64,000 bases of DNA from Eledone cirrhosa (Eukaryota): positions 302,436,001 through 302,500,000 of the forward strand of contig OZ024742.1 in NCBI GenBank assembly GCA_964016885.1. Reading direction: 5' to 3'. Position numbers and translations under genes: made by a program. The notes beneath the pieces were generated by a model. The model worked only from the letters and a program-made list of their open reading frames with translations, was not told where the DNA came from and ran no database searches. Numbering within the stretch: the stretch's first letter is position 1; each line of letters opens with the position of its first letter. This document shows positions 13,301-26,149 of the stretch, piece by piece.

Positions 13301-16300
13301 GTGTTGGTGGAGTTGGTGGAGTTGGTGGTGTTGGTGGTGTTGGTGGAGTTGGTGGTGTTGGTGGTGTTGGTGGTGTTGGTGGTGTTGGTGGAGTTGGTGG
13401 AGTTGGTGGTGTTGGTGGTGTTGGTGGTGTTGGTGGAGTTGGTGGTGTTGGTGGTGTTGGTGGTGTTTGTGGAGTTGGTGGAGTTGGTGGAGTTGGTGGA
13501 GTTGGTGGAGTTGGTGGAGTTGGTGGTGTTGGTGGAGTTGGTGGAGTTGGTGGTGTTGGTGGTGTTGGTGGAGTTGGTGGTGTTGGTGGAGTTGGTGGAG
13601 TAGGTGGTGTTGGTGGTGTTGGTGGTGTTGGTGGAGTTGGTGGAGTTGGTGGTGTTGGTGATGTTGGTGGAGTTGGTGGAGTCGGTGGTGTTGGTGGTGT
13701 TGGTGGAGTTGGTGGTGTTGGTGGAGTTGGTGGTGTTGGTGGTGTTGGTGGTGTTGGTGGAGTTGGTGGAGTTGGTGGTGTTGCTGGAGTTGGTGGTGTT
13801 GGTGGTGTTGATGGAGTTGGTGGAGGTGGTGGAGGTGGTGGTGTTGGTGGTGTTGGTGGAGTTGGTGGTGTTGGTGGAGTTGGTGGTGTTGGTGGAGTTG
13901 GTGGAGTTGGTGGTGTTGGTGGTGTTGATGGAGTTGGTGGAGGTGGTGGAGGTGGTGGTGTTGGTGGTGTTGGTGGAGTTGGTGGTGTTGCTGGAGTTGG
14001 TGGTGTTGGTGGTGTTGATGGAGTTGGTGGAGGTGGTGGAGGTGGTGGTGTTGGTGGTGTTGGTGGAGTTGGTGGTGTTGGTGGTGTTGGTGGTGTTGGT
14101 GGAGTTGGTGGAGTTGGTGGAGGTGGTGGTGTTGGTGGTGTTGGTGGTGTTGGTGGAGTTGGTGGTGTTGGTGGAGTTGGTGGAGTTGGTGGAGGTGGTG
14201 GTGTTGGTGGTGTTGGTGGTGTTGGTGGAGTTGGTGGTGTTGGTGGTGTTGGTGGTGTTGGTGGAGTTGGTGGAGTTGGTGGAGGTGGTGTTGGTGGTGT
14301 TGGTGGTGTTGGTGGTGTTGGTGGTGTTGGTGGAGTTGGTGGTGTTGGTGGAGTTGGTGGTGTTGGTGGTGTTGGTGGTGTTGGTGGTGTTGGTGGTGTT
14401 GCTGGAGTTGGTGGAGTTGGTGGAGTTGGTGGAGTTGGTGGTGTTGGTGGAGTTGGTGGTGTTGGTGGTGTTGGTGGAGTTGGTGGTGTTGGTGGAGTTG
14501 GTGGTGTTGGTGGTGTTGGTGGAGTTGGTGGAGTTGGTGGAGTTGGTGGTGTTGGTGGTGTTGGTGGTGTTGGTGGTGTTGGTGGAGTTAGTGGTGTTGG
14601 TGGAGTCGGTGGTGTTGGTGGAGTTAGTGGAGTTGGTGGAGTCGGTGGTGTTGGTGGTGTTGGTGGAGTTAGTGGTGTTGGTGGAGTCGGTGGTGTTGGT
14701 GGAGTTAGTGGAGTTGGTGGTGTTGGTGGAGTTGGTGGAGTTGGTGGTGTTGGTGGTGTTGGTGGTGTTGGTGGAGTTGGTGGTGTTGGTGGAGTTGGTG
14801 GAGTTGGTGGTGTTGGTGGAGTTGGTGGTGTTGGTGGAGTTGGTGGTGTTGGTGGAGTTAGTGAAGTTGGTGGTGTTGGTGGTGTTGGTGGTGTTGGTGG
14901 AGTTGGTGGTGTTAGTGGTGTTGGTGGAGTCGGTGGTGTTGGTGGTGTTGGTGGTGTTGGTGGAGTTGGTGGTGTTGGTGCAGTTGGTGGAATTGGTGGT
15001 GTTGGTGGTGTTGGTGGAGTTGGTGGAGTTGGTGGTGTTGGTGGAGTTGGTGGTGTTGGTGGAGTTGGTGGTGTTGGTGGTGTTGGTGGTGTTGGTGGAG
15101 TTGGTGGAGTTAGTGGAGTTGGTGGAGTTGGTGGTGTTAGTGGTGTTAGTGGTGTTGGTGGTGTTGGTGGAGTTGGTGGAGTTGGTGGTGTTGGTCGTGT
15201 TGGTGGAGTTGGTGGAGTTGGTGGTGTTGGTGGAGTTGGTGGTGTTGATGGAGTTGGTGGAGTTGGTGGTTATTGGTGGTGTTGGTGGTGTTGGTGGAGT
15301 TGGTGGAGTTAGTGGAGTTGGTGGAGTTGGTGGTGTTGGTGGAGTTGGTGGTGTTGGTGGTGTTGGTGGTGTTGGTGGTGTTGGTGGTGTTGGTGGAGTT
15401 GGTGGAGTTAGTGGAGTTGGTGGAGTTGGTGGTGTTAGTGGTGTTGGTGGTGTTGGTGGAGTTGGTGGAGTTGGTGGAGTTGGTGGTGTTGGTCGTGTTG
15501 GTGGAGTTGGTGGAGTTGGTGGTGTTGGTGGAGTTGGTGGTGTTGATGGAGTTGGTGGAGTTGGTGGAGTTGGTGGTGTTGGTCGTGTTGGTGGAGTTGG
15601 TGGAGTTGGTGGTGTTGGTGGAGTTGGTGGTGTTGGTGGAGTTGGTGGTGTTGGTCGTGTTGGTGGAGTTGGTGGAGTTGGTGGTGTTGGTGGTGTTGGT
15701 GGTGTTGGTGGAGTTGGTGGTGTTGGTGGAGTTGGTGGTGTTGATGGAGTTGGTGGAGTTGGTGGTGTTGGTGGAGTTGGTGGTGTTGGTGGAGTTGGTG
15801 GTGTTGATGGAGTTGGTGGAGTTGGTGGTTATTGGTGGTGTTGGTGGAGTTAGTGGTGTTGGTGGAGTTGGTGGTGTTGGTGGTGTTGGTGGTGTTGGTG
15901 GTGTTGGTGGTGTTGGTGGAGTTGGTGGTGTTGGTGGAGTTGGTGGTGTTGATGGAGTTGGTGGAGTTGGTGGTTATTGGTGGTGTTGGTGGAGTTAGTG
16001 GTGTTGGTGGAGTTGGTGGTGTTGGTGGTGTTGGTGGTGTTGGTGGTGTTGGTGGTGTTGGTGGAGTTAGTGGAGTTGGTGGAGTTGGTGGTGTTGGTGG
16101 AGTTGGTGGTGTTGGTGGTGTTGGTGGTGTTGGTGGTGTTGGTGGTGTTGGTGGAGTTGGTGGAGTTAGTGGAGTTGGTGGAGTTGGTGGTGTTAGTGGT
16201 GTTGGTGGTGTTGGTGGAGTTGGTGGTGTTGATGGAGTTGGTGGAGTTGGTGGAGTTGGTGGTGTTGGTCGTGTTGGTGGAGTTGGTGGTGTTGGTGGAG

Positions 16301-19300
16301 TTGGTGGTGTTGATGGAGTTGGTGGAGTTGTTGGAGTTGGTGGAGTTGTTGGAGTTGGTGGTGTTGGTGGTGTTGGTGGAGTTGGTGGTGTTGATGGAGT
16401 TGGTGGAGTTGTTGGAGTTGGTGGTGTTGGTGGTGTTGGTGGAGTTGTTGGAGTTGGTGGAGTTGTTGGAGTTGGTGGTGTTGGTGGTGTTGGTGGAGTT
16501 GGTGGTGTTGCTGGAGTTGGTGGAGGTGGTGGTGTTGCTGGAGTTGGTGGAGGTGGTGGTGTTGGTGGAGGTGGTTTTGGTGGTGTTGGTGGAGTTGGTG
16601 GAGTTGGTGGAGTTGGTGGAGTTGGTGGAGTTGGTGGTGTTGGTGGTGTTGGTGGAGTTGGTGGTGTTGGTGGTGTTGGTGGTGTTGGTGGAGTTGGTGG
16701 AGTTGGTGGAGTTGGTGGTGTTAGTGGTGTTAGTGGTGTTGGTGGTGTTGGTGGAGTTGGTGGAGTTGGTGGTGTTGGTCGTGTTGGTGGAGTTGGTGGA
16801 GTTGGTGGTGTTGGTGGAGTTGGTGGTGTTGATGGAGTTGGTGGAGTTGGTGGTTATTGGTGGTGTTGGTGGTGTTGGTGGAGTTGGTGGAGTTAGTGGA
16901 GTTGGTGGAGTTGGTGGTGTTGGTGGAGTTGGTGGTGTTGGTGGTGTTGGTGGTGTTGGTGGTGTTGGTGGTGTTGGTGGAGTTGGTGGAGTTAGTGGAG
17001 TTGGTGGAGTTGGTGGTGTTAGTGGTGTTGGTGGTGTTGGTGGAGTTGGTGGAGTTGGTGGAGTTGGTGGTGTTGGTCGTGTTGGTGGAGTTGGTGGAGT
17101 TGGTGGTGTTGGTGGAGTTGGTGGTGTTGGTGGAGTTGGTGGAGTTGGTGGAGTTGGTGGTGTTGGTCGTGTTGGTGGAGTTGGTGGTGTTGCTGAAGTT
17201 GGTGGTGTTGGTGGAGTTGGTGGAGTTGGTGGTGTTGGTGGAGTTGGTGGTGTTGGTGGAGTTGGTGGTGTTGGTCGTGTTGGTGGAGTTGGTGGAGTTG
17301 GTGGTGTTGCTGAAGTTGGTGGTGTTGGTGGAGTTGGTGGAGTTGGTGGAGTTGGTGGTGTTGGTCGTGTTGGTGGAGTTGGTGGTGTTGGTGGAGTTGG
17401 TGGAGTTGGTGGAGTTGGTGGTGTTGGTGGAGTTGGTGGTGTTGGTGGAGTTGGTGGAGTTGGTGGAGTTGGTGGTGTTGGTCGTGTTGGTGGAGTTGGT
17501 GGTGTTGCTGAAGTTGGTGGTGTTGGTGGAGTTGGTGGAGTTGGTGGTGTTGGTGGAGTTGGTGGTGTTGGTGGAGTTGGTGGTGTTGGTCGTGTTGGTG
17601 GAGTTGGTGGAGTTGGTGGTGTTGCTGAAGTTGGTGGTGTTGGTGGAGTTGGTGGAGTTGGTGGTGTTGGTGGAGTTGGTGGTGTTGGTCGTGTTGGTGG
17701 AGTTGGTGGAGTTGGTGGAGTTGGTGGAGTTGGTGGTGTTGATGGAGTTGGTGGAGTTGGTGGAGTTGGTGGTGTTGGTCGTGTTGGTGGAGTTGGTGGA
17801 GTTGGTGGTGTTGCTGAAGTTGGTGGTGTTGGTGGAGTTGGTGGAGTTGGTGGTGTTGGTGGAGTTGGTGGTGTTGGTGGAGTTGGTGGAGTTAGTGGAG
17901 TTGGTGGAGTTGGTGGTGTTAGTGGTGTTAGTGGTGTTGGTGGTGTTGGTGGAGTTGGTGGAGTTGGTGGTGTTGGTCGTGTTGGTGGAGTTGGTGGAGT
18001 TGGTGGTGTTGGTGGAGTTGGTGGTGTTGATGGAGTTGGTGGTGTTGGTGGAGTTGGTGGAGTTAGTGGAGTTGGTGGAGTTGGTGGTGTTGGTGGAGTT
18101 GGTGGTGTTGGTGGTGTTGGTGGTGTTGGTGGTGTTGGTGGTGTTGGTGGAGTTGGTGGAGTTGGTGGAGGTGGTGTTGGTGGTGTTGGTGGAGTTGGTG
18201 GTGTTGATGGAGTTGGTGGAGTTGGTGGAGTTGGTGGTGTTGGTCGTGTTGGTGGAGTTGGTGGTGTTGGTGGAGTTGGTGGAGTTGGTGGAGTTGGTGG
18301 TGTTAGTGGTGTTGGTGGTGTTGGTGGAGTTGGTGGTGTTGATGGAGTTGGTGGAGTTGGTGGAGTTGGTGGTGTTGGTCGTGTTGGTGGAGTTGGTGGA
18401 GTTGGTGGTGTTGGTGGAGTTGGTGGAGTTGGTGGAGTTGGTGGTGTTAGTGGTGTTGGTGGTGTTGGTGGAGTTGGTGGTGTTGATGGAGTTGGTGGAG
18501 TTGGTGGAGTTGGTGGTGTTGGTCGTGTTGGTGGAGTTGGTGGAGTTGGTGGTGTTGGTGGAGTTGGTGGAGTTGGTGGAGTTGGTGGTGTTAGTGGTGT
18601 TGGTGGTGTTGGTGGAGTTGGTGGTGTTGATGGAGTTGGTGGAGTTGGTGGAGTTGGTGGTGTTGGTCGTGTTGGTGGAGTTGGTGGTGTTGGTGGAGTT
18701 GGTGGTGTTGATGGAGTTGGTGGAGTTGTTGGAGTTGGTGGAGTTGTTGGAGTTGGTGGTGTTGGTGGTGTTGGTGGAGTTGGTGGTGTTGATGGAGTTG
18801 GTGGAGTTGTTGGAGTTGGTGGTGTTGGTGGTGTTGGTGGAGTTGTTGGAGTTGGTGGAGTTGTTGGAGTTGGTGGTGTTGGTGGTGTTGGTGGTGTTGG
18901 TGGAGTTGGTGGAGTTAGTGGAGTTGGTGGAGTTGGTGGTGTTAGTGGTGTTAGTGGTGTTGGTGGTGTTGGTGGAGTTGGTGGAGTTGGTGGTGTTGGT
19001 CGTGTTGGTGGAGTTGGTGGAGTTGGTGGTGTTGGTGGAGTTGGTGGTGTTGATGGAGTTGGTGGAGTTGGTGGTTATTGGTGGTGTTGGTGGTGTTGGT
19101 GGAGTTGGTGGAGTTAGTGGAGTTGGTGGAGTTGGTGGTGTTGGTGGAGTTGGTGGTGTTGGTGGTGTTGGTGGTGTTGGTGGTGTTGGTGGTGTTGGTG
19201 GAGTTGGTGGAGTTAGTGGAGTTGGTGGAGTTGGTGGTGTTAGTGGTGTTGGTGGTGTTGGTGGAGTTGGTGGTGTTGATGGAGTTGGTGGAGTTGGTGG

Positions 19301-22300
19301 AGTTGGTGGTGTTGGTCGTGTTGGTGGAGTTGGTGGTGTTGGTGGAGTTGGTGGTGTTGATGGAGTTGGTGGAGTTGTTGGAGTTGGTGGAGTTGTTGGA
19401 GTTGGTGGTGTTGGTGGTGTTGGTGGAGTTGGTGGTGTTGATGGAGTTGGTGGAGTTGTTGGAGTTGGTGGTGTTGGTGGTGTTGGTGGAGTTGTTGGAG
19501 TTGGTGGAGTTGTTGGAGTTGGTGGTGTTGGTGGTGTTGGTGGAGTTGGTGGTGTTGCTGGAGTTGGTGGAGGTGGTGGTGTTGCTGGAGTTGGTGGAGG
19601 TGGTGGTGTTGGTGGAGGTGGTTTTGGTGGTGTTGGTGGAGTTGGTGGAGTTGGTGGAGTTGGTGGAGTTGGTGGAGTTGGTGGTGTTGGTGGTGTTGGT
19701 GGAGTTGGTGGTGTTGGTGGAGTTGGTGGAGTTGGTGGAGTTGGTGGTGTTGGTGGTGTTGGTGGTGTTGGTGGTGTTGTTGGAGTTGGTGGAGTTGGTG
19801 GTGTTGGTGGAGTTGGTGGAGTTGGTGGTGTTGCTGGAGTTGGTGGTGTTGGTGGAGGTGGTGGTGTTGGTGGAGGTGGTTTTGGTGGTGTTGGTGGAGT
19901 TGGTGGAGTTGGTGGAGTTGGTGGTGTTGGTGGAGTTGGTGGTGTTGGTGGTGTTGGTGGAGTTGGTGGAGTTGGTGGTGTTGGTGGTGTTGGTGGTGTT
20001 GGTGGAGTTGGTGGTGTTGCTGGAGTTGGTGGAGGTGGTGGTGTTGGTGGAGGTGGTTTTGGTGGTGTTGGTGGAGTTGGTGGAGTTGGTGGAGTTGGTG
20101 GAGTTGGTGGTGTTGCTGGAGTTGGTGGAGGTGGTGGTGTTGGTGGAGTTGGTGGAGTTGGTGGAGTTGGTGGTGTTGGTGGAGTTGGTGGAGTTGGTGG
20201 TGTTGCTGGAGTTGGTGGAGGTGGTGGTGTTGGTGGAGTTGGTGGAGTTGGTGGAGTTGGTGGTGTTGGTGGAGTTGGTGGAGTTGGTGGTGTTGCTGGA
20301 GTTGGTGGAGGTGGTGGTGTTGGTGGAGGTGGTTTTGGTGGTGTTGGTGGAGTTGGTGGAGTTGGTGGAGTTGGTGGTGTTGGTGGAGTTGGTGGTGTTG
20401 GTGGTGTTGGTGGAGTTGGTGGAGTTGGTGGTGTTGGTGGTGTTGGTGGTGTTGGTGGAGTTGGTGGTGTTGCTGGAGTTGGTGGAGGTGGTGGTGTTGG
20501 TGGAGGTGGTTTTGGTGGTGTTGGTGGAGTTGGTGGAGTTGGTGGAGTTGGTGGTGTTGGTGGAGTTGGTGGTGTTGGTGGTGTTGGTGGAGTTGGTGGA
20601 GTTGGTGGTGTTGGTGGTGTTGGTGGTGTTGGTGGAGTTGGTGGTGTTGCTGGAGTTGGTGGAGGTGGTGGTGTTGGTGGAGGTGGTTTTGGTGGTGTTG
20701 GTGGAGTTGGTGGAGTTGGTGGAGTTGGTGGAGTTGGTGGTGTTGGTGGAGTTGGTGGAGTTGGTGGTGTTGCTGGAGTTGGTGGAGGTGGTGGTGTTGG
20801 TGGAGTTGGTGGAGTTGGTGGAGTTGGTGGTGTTGGTGGAGTTGGTGGAGTTGGTGGTGTTGCTGGAGTTGGTGGAGGTGGTGGTGTTGGTGGAGGTGGT
20901 TTTGGTGGTGTTGGTGGAGTTGGTGGAGTTGGTGGAGTTGGTGGTGTTGGTGGAGTTGGTGGTGTTGGTGGTGTTGGTGGAGTTGGTGGAGTTGGTGGTG
21001 TTGGTGGTGTTGGTGGTGTTGGTGGAGTTGGTGTTGGTGGTGTTGGTGGTGTTGGTGGAGTTGGTGGTGTTGGTGGTGTTGGTGGTGTTGGTGGTGTTGG
21101 TGGAGTTGGTGGTGTTGGTGGAGTTGGTGGAGTTGGTGGAGTTGGTGGAGTTGGTGGAGTTGGTGGAGTTGGTGGAGTTGGTGGAGTTGGTGGTGTTGGT
21201 GGAGTTGGTGTTGGTGGTGTTGGTGGAGTTGGTGGAGTTGGTGGAGTTGTTGGAGTTGGTGGAGTTGGTGGTGTTGCTGAAGTTGGTGGAGTTGGTGGAG
21301 TTGGTGGAGTTGGTGGTGTTGGTGGTGTTGGTGGTGTTGGTGGAGTTGGTGGTGTTGGTGGAGTTGGTGGAGTTGGTGGTGTTGGTGGTGTTGGTGGTGT
21401 TGGTGGAGTTGGTGGAGTTGGTGGTGTTGGCGGTGTTGGTGGTGTTGGTGGTGTTGGTGGTGTTTGTGGAGTTGGTGGTGTTGGTGGTGTTGGTGGAGTT
21501 GGTGGAGTTGGTGGAGTTGGTGGAGTTGGTGGTGTTGATGGTGTTGGTGGTGTTGGTGGTGTTGGTGGAGTTGGTGGAGTTGGTGGAGTTGGTGGAGTTG
21601 GTGGTGTTGGCGGTGTTGGTGGTGTTGGTGGTGTTGGTGGTGTTTGTGGAGTTGGTGGTGTTGGCGGTGTTGGTGGTGTTGGTGGTGTTGGTGGTGTTGG
21701 TGGTGTTGGTGGAGTTGGTGGAGTTGGTGGTGTTGGCGGTGTTGGTGGTGTTGGTGGTGTTGGTGGTGTTGTGGAGTTGGTGGTGTTGGTGGTGTTGGTG
21801 GAGTTGGTGGAGTTGGTGGAGTTGGTGGAGTTGGTGGAGTTGGTGGTGTTGGTGGTGTTGGTGGTGTTGGTGGAGTTGGTGGTGTTGGTGGAGTTGGTGG
21901 AGTTGGTGGTGTTGGCGGTGTTGGTGGTGTTGGTGGTGTTGGTGGTGTTTGTGGAGTTGGTGGAGTTGGTGGTGTTGGCGGTGTTGGTGGTGTTGGTGGT
22001 GTTGGTGGTGTTTGTGGAGTTGGTGGTGTTGGTGGTGTTGGTGGAGTTGGTGGAGTTGGTGGTGTTGGCGGTGTTGGTGGTGTTGGTGGTGTTGGTGGTG
22101 TTGGTGGTGTTGGTGGTGTTGGTGGTGTTGGTGGTGTTGGGTGGTGTTGGTGGTGTTGGTGGTGTTGGTGGAGTTGGTGGTGTTGGTGGTGTTGGTGGTG
22201 TTGGTGGTGTTGGTGGTGTGGTGGTGTTGGTGGAGTGGTGGTGTTGGTGGTGTTGGTGGTGTTGGTGGAGTTGGTGGTGTTGGTGGTGTTGGTGTGTTGG

Positions 22301-25079
22301 TGGAGTTGGTGAGTCGTGGGTTGGTGGTGTTGTGGTGGTGGTGTGGTGGAGTTGGTGGTGTTGGTGGAGTTGGTGGTGTTGGTGGTGTTGGTGGAGTTGT
22401 GGTGTGGTGTTGGTGGAGGTGGTGGTGGTTGGAGTTGGTGGTGTGGTGGTGTGGTGGTGTTGGTGGTGTTGGTGGAGTTGGTGGTGTTGGTGGAGTTGGT
22501 GGTGTTGGTGGTGTTGGTGGTGTTGGTGGTGTTGGTGGTGTTGGTGGTGTTGGTGGTGTTGGTGGAGTTGGTGGAGTGGTGGTGTTGTGGGTTGGTGGTG
22601 TTGGTGGTGTTGGTGGTGTTGGTGGTGTTGGTGGAGTTGGTGGTGTTGGTGGAGTTGGTGGTGTTGGTGGTGTTGGTGGAGTTGGTGGTGTTGGTGGAGT
22701 TGGTGGTGTTGGTGGAGTTGGTGGTGTTGGTGGAGTTGGTGGAGTGGTGGTGTTGGTGGAGTTGGGGTGTTGGTGGAGTTTGTGGAGTTGTGGAGTTGGT
22801 GGAGTGGTGGTGTTGGTGGTGTTGGTGGTGTTGGTGGTGTTGGTGGAGTTAGTGGTGTTGGGTGGAGTCGGTGGTGTTGGTGGAGTTAGTGGAGTTGGTG
22901 GAGTCGGTGGTGTTGGTGGTGTTGGTGGGAGTTGGTGGAGTTGGTGGAGTTGGTGGTGTTGGTGGAGTTGGTGGAGTTAGTGGTGTTGGTGGAGTCTGTG
23001 GTGTGGTGGTGTTTGGTGAGTTGGTGGTGTTGGTGGAGTTGGTGGAGTTAGTGGTGTTGGTGGAGTCGGTGGTGTTGGTGGAGTTAGTGGAGTTGGTGGT
23101 GTTGGTGGAGTTAGTGGAGTTGGTGGTGTTGGTGGAGTTGGTGGTGTTGGTGGAGTTGGTGGTGTTGGTGGAGTTGGTGGAGTTGGGTGGTGTTGGTGGA
23201 GTTGGTGGTGTTGGTGGAGTGTTGGTGGTGTTGGTGGAGTTGGTGGTGTTGGTGGAGTTAGTGAAGTTGGTGGTGTTGGTGGTGTTGGTGGAGTTGGTGG
23301 TGTTAGTGGTGTTGGTGGAGTCGGTGGTGTTGGTGGTGTTGGTGGTGTTGGTGGAGTTGGTGGTGTTGGTGGTGTTGGTGGTGTTGGTGGAGTTGGTGGA
23401 GTTGGTGGTGTTGGTGGAGTTAGTGGTGTTGGTGGAGTTGGTGGTGTTGGTGTAGTTGGTGGAGTTGGTGGTGTTGGTGGAGTTGGTGGTGTTGGTGGAG
23501 TTGGTGGTGTTGGTGGAGTTGTTGTAGTTGGTGGTGTTGGTGGAGTTGGTGGTGTTGGTGGAGTTGGTGGTGTTAGTGGTGTTGGTGGAGTCGGTGGTGT
23601 TGGTGGTGTTGGTAGTGTTGGTGGAGTTGGTGGAGTTGGTGGAGTTGGTGGAATTGGTGGAGTTAGTGGAGTTGGTGGAGTTGGTGGTGTTAGTGGTGTT
23701 GGTGGTGTTGGTGGAGTTGGTGGTGTTGATGGAGTTGGTGGAGTTGGTGGAGTTGGTGGTGTTGGTCGTGTTGGTGGAGTTGGTGGAGTTGGTGGTGTTG
23801 GTGGAGTTGGTGGTGTTGATGGAGTTGGTGGAGTTGTTGGAGTTGGTGGTGTTGGTGGTGTTGGTGGAGTTGGTGGTGTTGGTGGTGTTGGTGGTGTTGG
23901 TGGAGTTGGTGGTGTTGATGGAGTTGGTGGAGTTGGTGGAGTTGGTGGTGTTGGTGGTGTTGGTGGAGTTGGTGGTTATTGGTGGTGTTGGTGGAGTTGG
24001 TGGAGTTGGTGGTGTTGATGGAGTTGGTGGAGTTGGTGGAGTTGGTGGTGTTGGTGGTGTTGGTGGAGTTGGTGGTGTTGGTGGTGTTGGTGGTGTTGGT
24101 GGTGTTGGTGGAGTTGGTGGAGTTGGTGGAGTTGGTGGTGTTGGTGGTGTTGGTGGTGTTGGTGGTGTTGGTGATGTTGGTGGAGTTGGTGGAGTCGGTG
24201 GTGTTGGTGGAGTTGGTGGTGTTGGTGGTGTTGATGGAGTTGGTGGAGTTGGTGGAGTTGGTGGTGTTGGTGGAGTTGGTGTTGTTGGTGGTGTTGGTGG
24301 TGTTGGTGGAGTTGGTGGAGTTGGTGGTGTTGGTGGTGTTGGTGGTGTTTGTGGTGTTGGTGGAGTTGGTGGAGTTAGTGAAGTTGGTGGTGTTGGTGGT
24401 GTTGGTGGTGTTGGTGGAGTTGATGGAGTTGGTGGAGTTGGTGGAGTTGGTGGTGTTGGTGGTGTTGGTGGAGTTGGTGGTGTTGGTGGTGTTGGTGGTG
24501 TTTGTGGTGTTGATGGAGTTGGTGGAGTTGGTGGAGTTGGTGGTGTTGGTGGTGTTGGTGGAGTTGGTGGTGTTGGTGGTGTTGATGGAGTTGGTGGAGT
24601 TGGTGGAGTTGGTGGTGTTGGTGGTGTTGGTGGAGTTGGTGGTGTTGGTGGTGTTGGTGGTGTTTGTGGTGTTGGTGGTGGTGGTGGAGTTGGTGGTGTT
24701 GGTGGAGTTGGTGGAGTTGGTGGTGTTGGTGGTGTTGGTGGAGTTGGTGGAGTTGGTGGTGTTGGTGGTGTTGGTGGTGTTTGTGGTGTTGGTGGAGTTG
24801 GTGGTGTTGGTGGTGTTGATGGAGTTGGTGGAGTTGGTGGAGTTGGTGGTGTTGGTGGAGTTGGTGGTGTTGATGGAGTTGGTGGAGTTGGTGGAGTTGG
24901 TGGTGTTGGTGGTGTTGGTGGAGTTGGTGGTTATTGGTGGTGTTGGTGGAGTTGGTGGAGTTGGTGGTGTTGATGGAGTTGGTGGAGTTGGTGGAGTTGG
25001 TGGTGTTGGTGGTGTTGGTGGAGTTGGTGGTGTTGGTGGTGTTGGTGGTGTTTGTGGTGTTGGTGGTGGTGGTGGAGTT
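7331..25079. repeat. Giant 9-bp tandem array GGTGG(A/T)GTT, ~17.8 kb, with higher-order duplications
   Basis: Continuous array. Variant units (GCTGAA, GATGGA, GGTCGT, AGTGGA, GGTTTT) define sub-domains and duplicated blocks. Confidence 0.97.
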
Positions 25080-25124
25080 CACGATAGTGGTGGTGTAGCT
25101 GGCAGGGATCAAATCAATGATGAT

Positions 25125-25730
25125 GGTAGTGCGGTGGTGGTAATGTGGTGGTGGTTGTGTGGTGGTGGTTGTGTGGTGGTGGTAGTGTGGTGGTGGTAGT
25201 GTGGTGGTGGTAATGTGGTAGTGATAGTATGGTGGTGGTGATAGTGTAGTGGTGGTGCGAGTAGTCTGGTGGTAGTAGTGTGGTGGTAGTTGTGTGGTGG
25301 CGGTAGTGTGGTGTTGGTAGTGTGGTGATGGTAGTGCGGCGGCGATAGTATGGTGGTGGTGGTGGTTGTAGTGAGATGGTAGTAGTGTGGTGGTGGTAGT
25401 GTGGTGGTGGTAGTGTGGTGGTAGTAGTGTTGTGGTGGTAGTGTGGTGGTGGTGGTGGTGGTAGTGTGGTGGTGGTAGTGTGGTGGTGGTAGTGTGGTGG
25501 TAGTGGTGTGGTGGTGATAGTATGGTAGTGGTGGTTGTAGTGTGGTAGTAGTAGTGTGGTGGTGGTAGTGTTGTATAGGCTGTAGTGTGGTAGAGGTCGT
25601 AGTGTGGTATAGGTTGTAGTGCGGTAGAGGTGGTAGTGTAGTTGTGGCAAGTGTGTGGTTGTGGTAATAGTGGTGGTGTTGTTGTGGTAATAGTGGTGGT
25701 GTTGTTGGTGGCAGTGTAGTAGGGTGGTAG
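25125..25730. repeat. G-rich GTAGTGTGGTG-type minisatellite (reverse complement of the 26150-29110 motif)
   Basis: Units TGTGGTGGTGGTAG. Confidence 0.85.
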
Positions 25731-26149
25731 TTAGGAAACTGATAAATGTTGTTTTATCTTCTTAAAACTGAAATAACAACAACAACAACGGCGACATAAC
25801 AACAACAACAACAACAACGGCGACATAACAACAACAACAACAACAACAACAACGGCGACGACATAGCAATAACAACAATAACAACAACAACAACGACGAC
25901 ATAGCAATAACAACAACAACAACAACAACAACAACGACGACGACATAGCAATAACAACAATAACAACAACAACAACAACAACGGCATAATAACAACAACA
26001 ACAACGACATAGCAACAACAACAACAACAACAACAACAACAACGACGACGACATAACAATAACAACAGCAGCAGAATCACCACTATCACTAAAACCAACA
26101 ATAGCAACAACAACAGTAACAACAGTAACAAGGACGGCAGCAGTATCAT

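Noticed and set aside
6560-25199. Very long V/L/E, W/C/S and G/V ORFs (up to 2209 aa)
   Set aside because: By-products of a stop-poor G/T repeat, mostly with non-ATG starts and no domains. Length alone is not evidence of coding.
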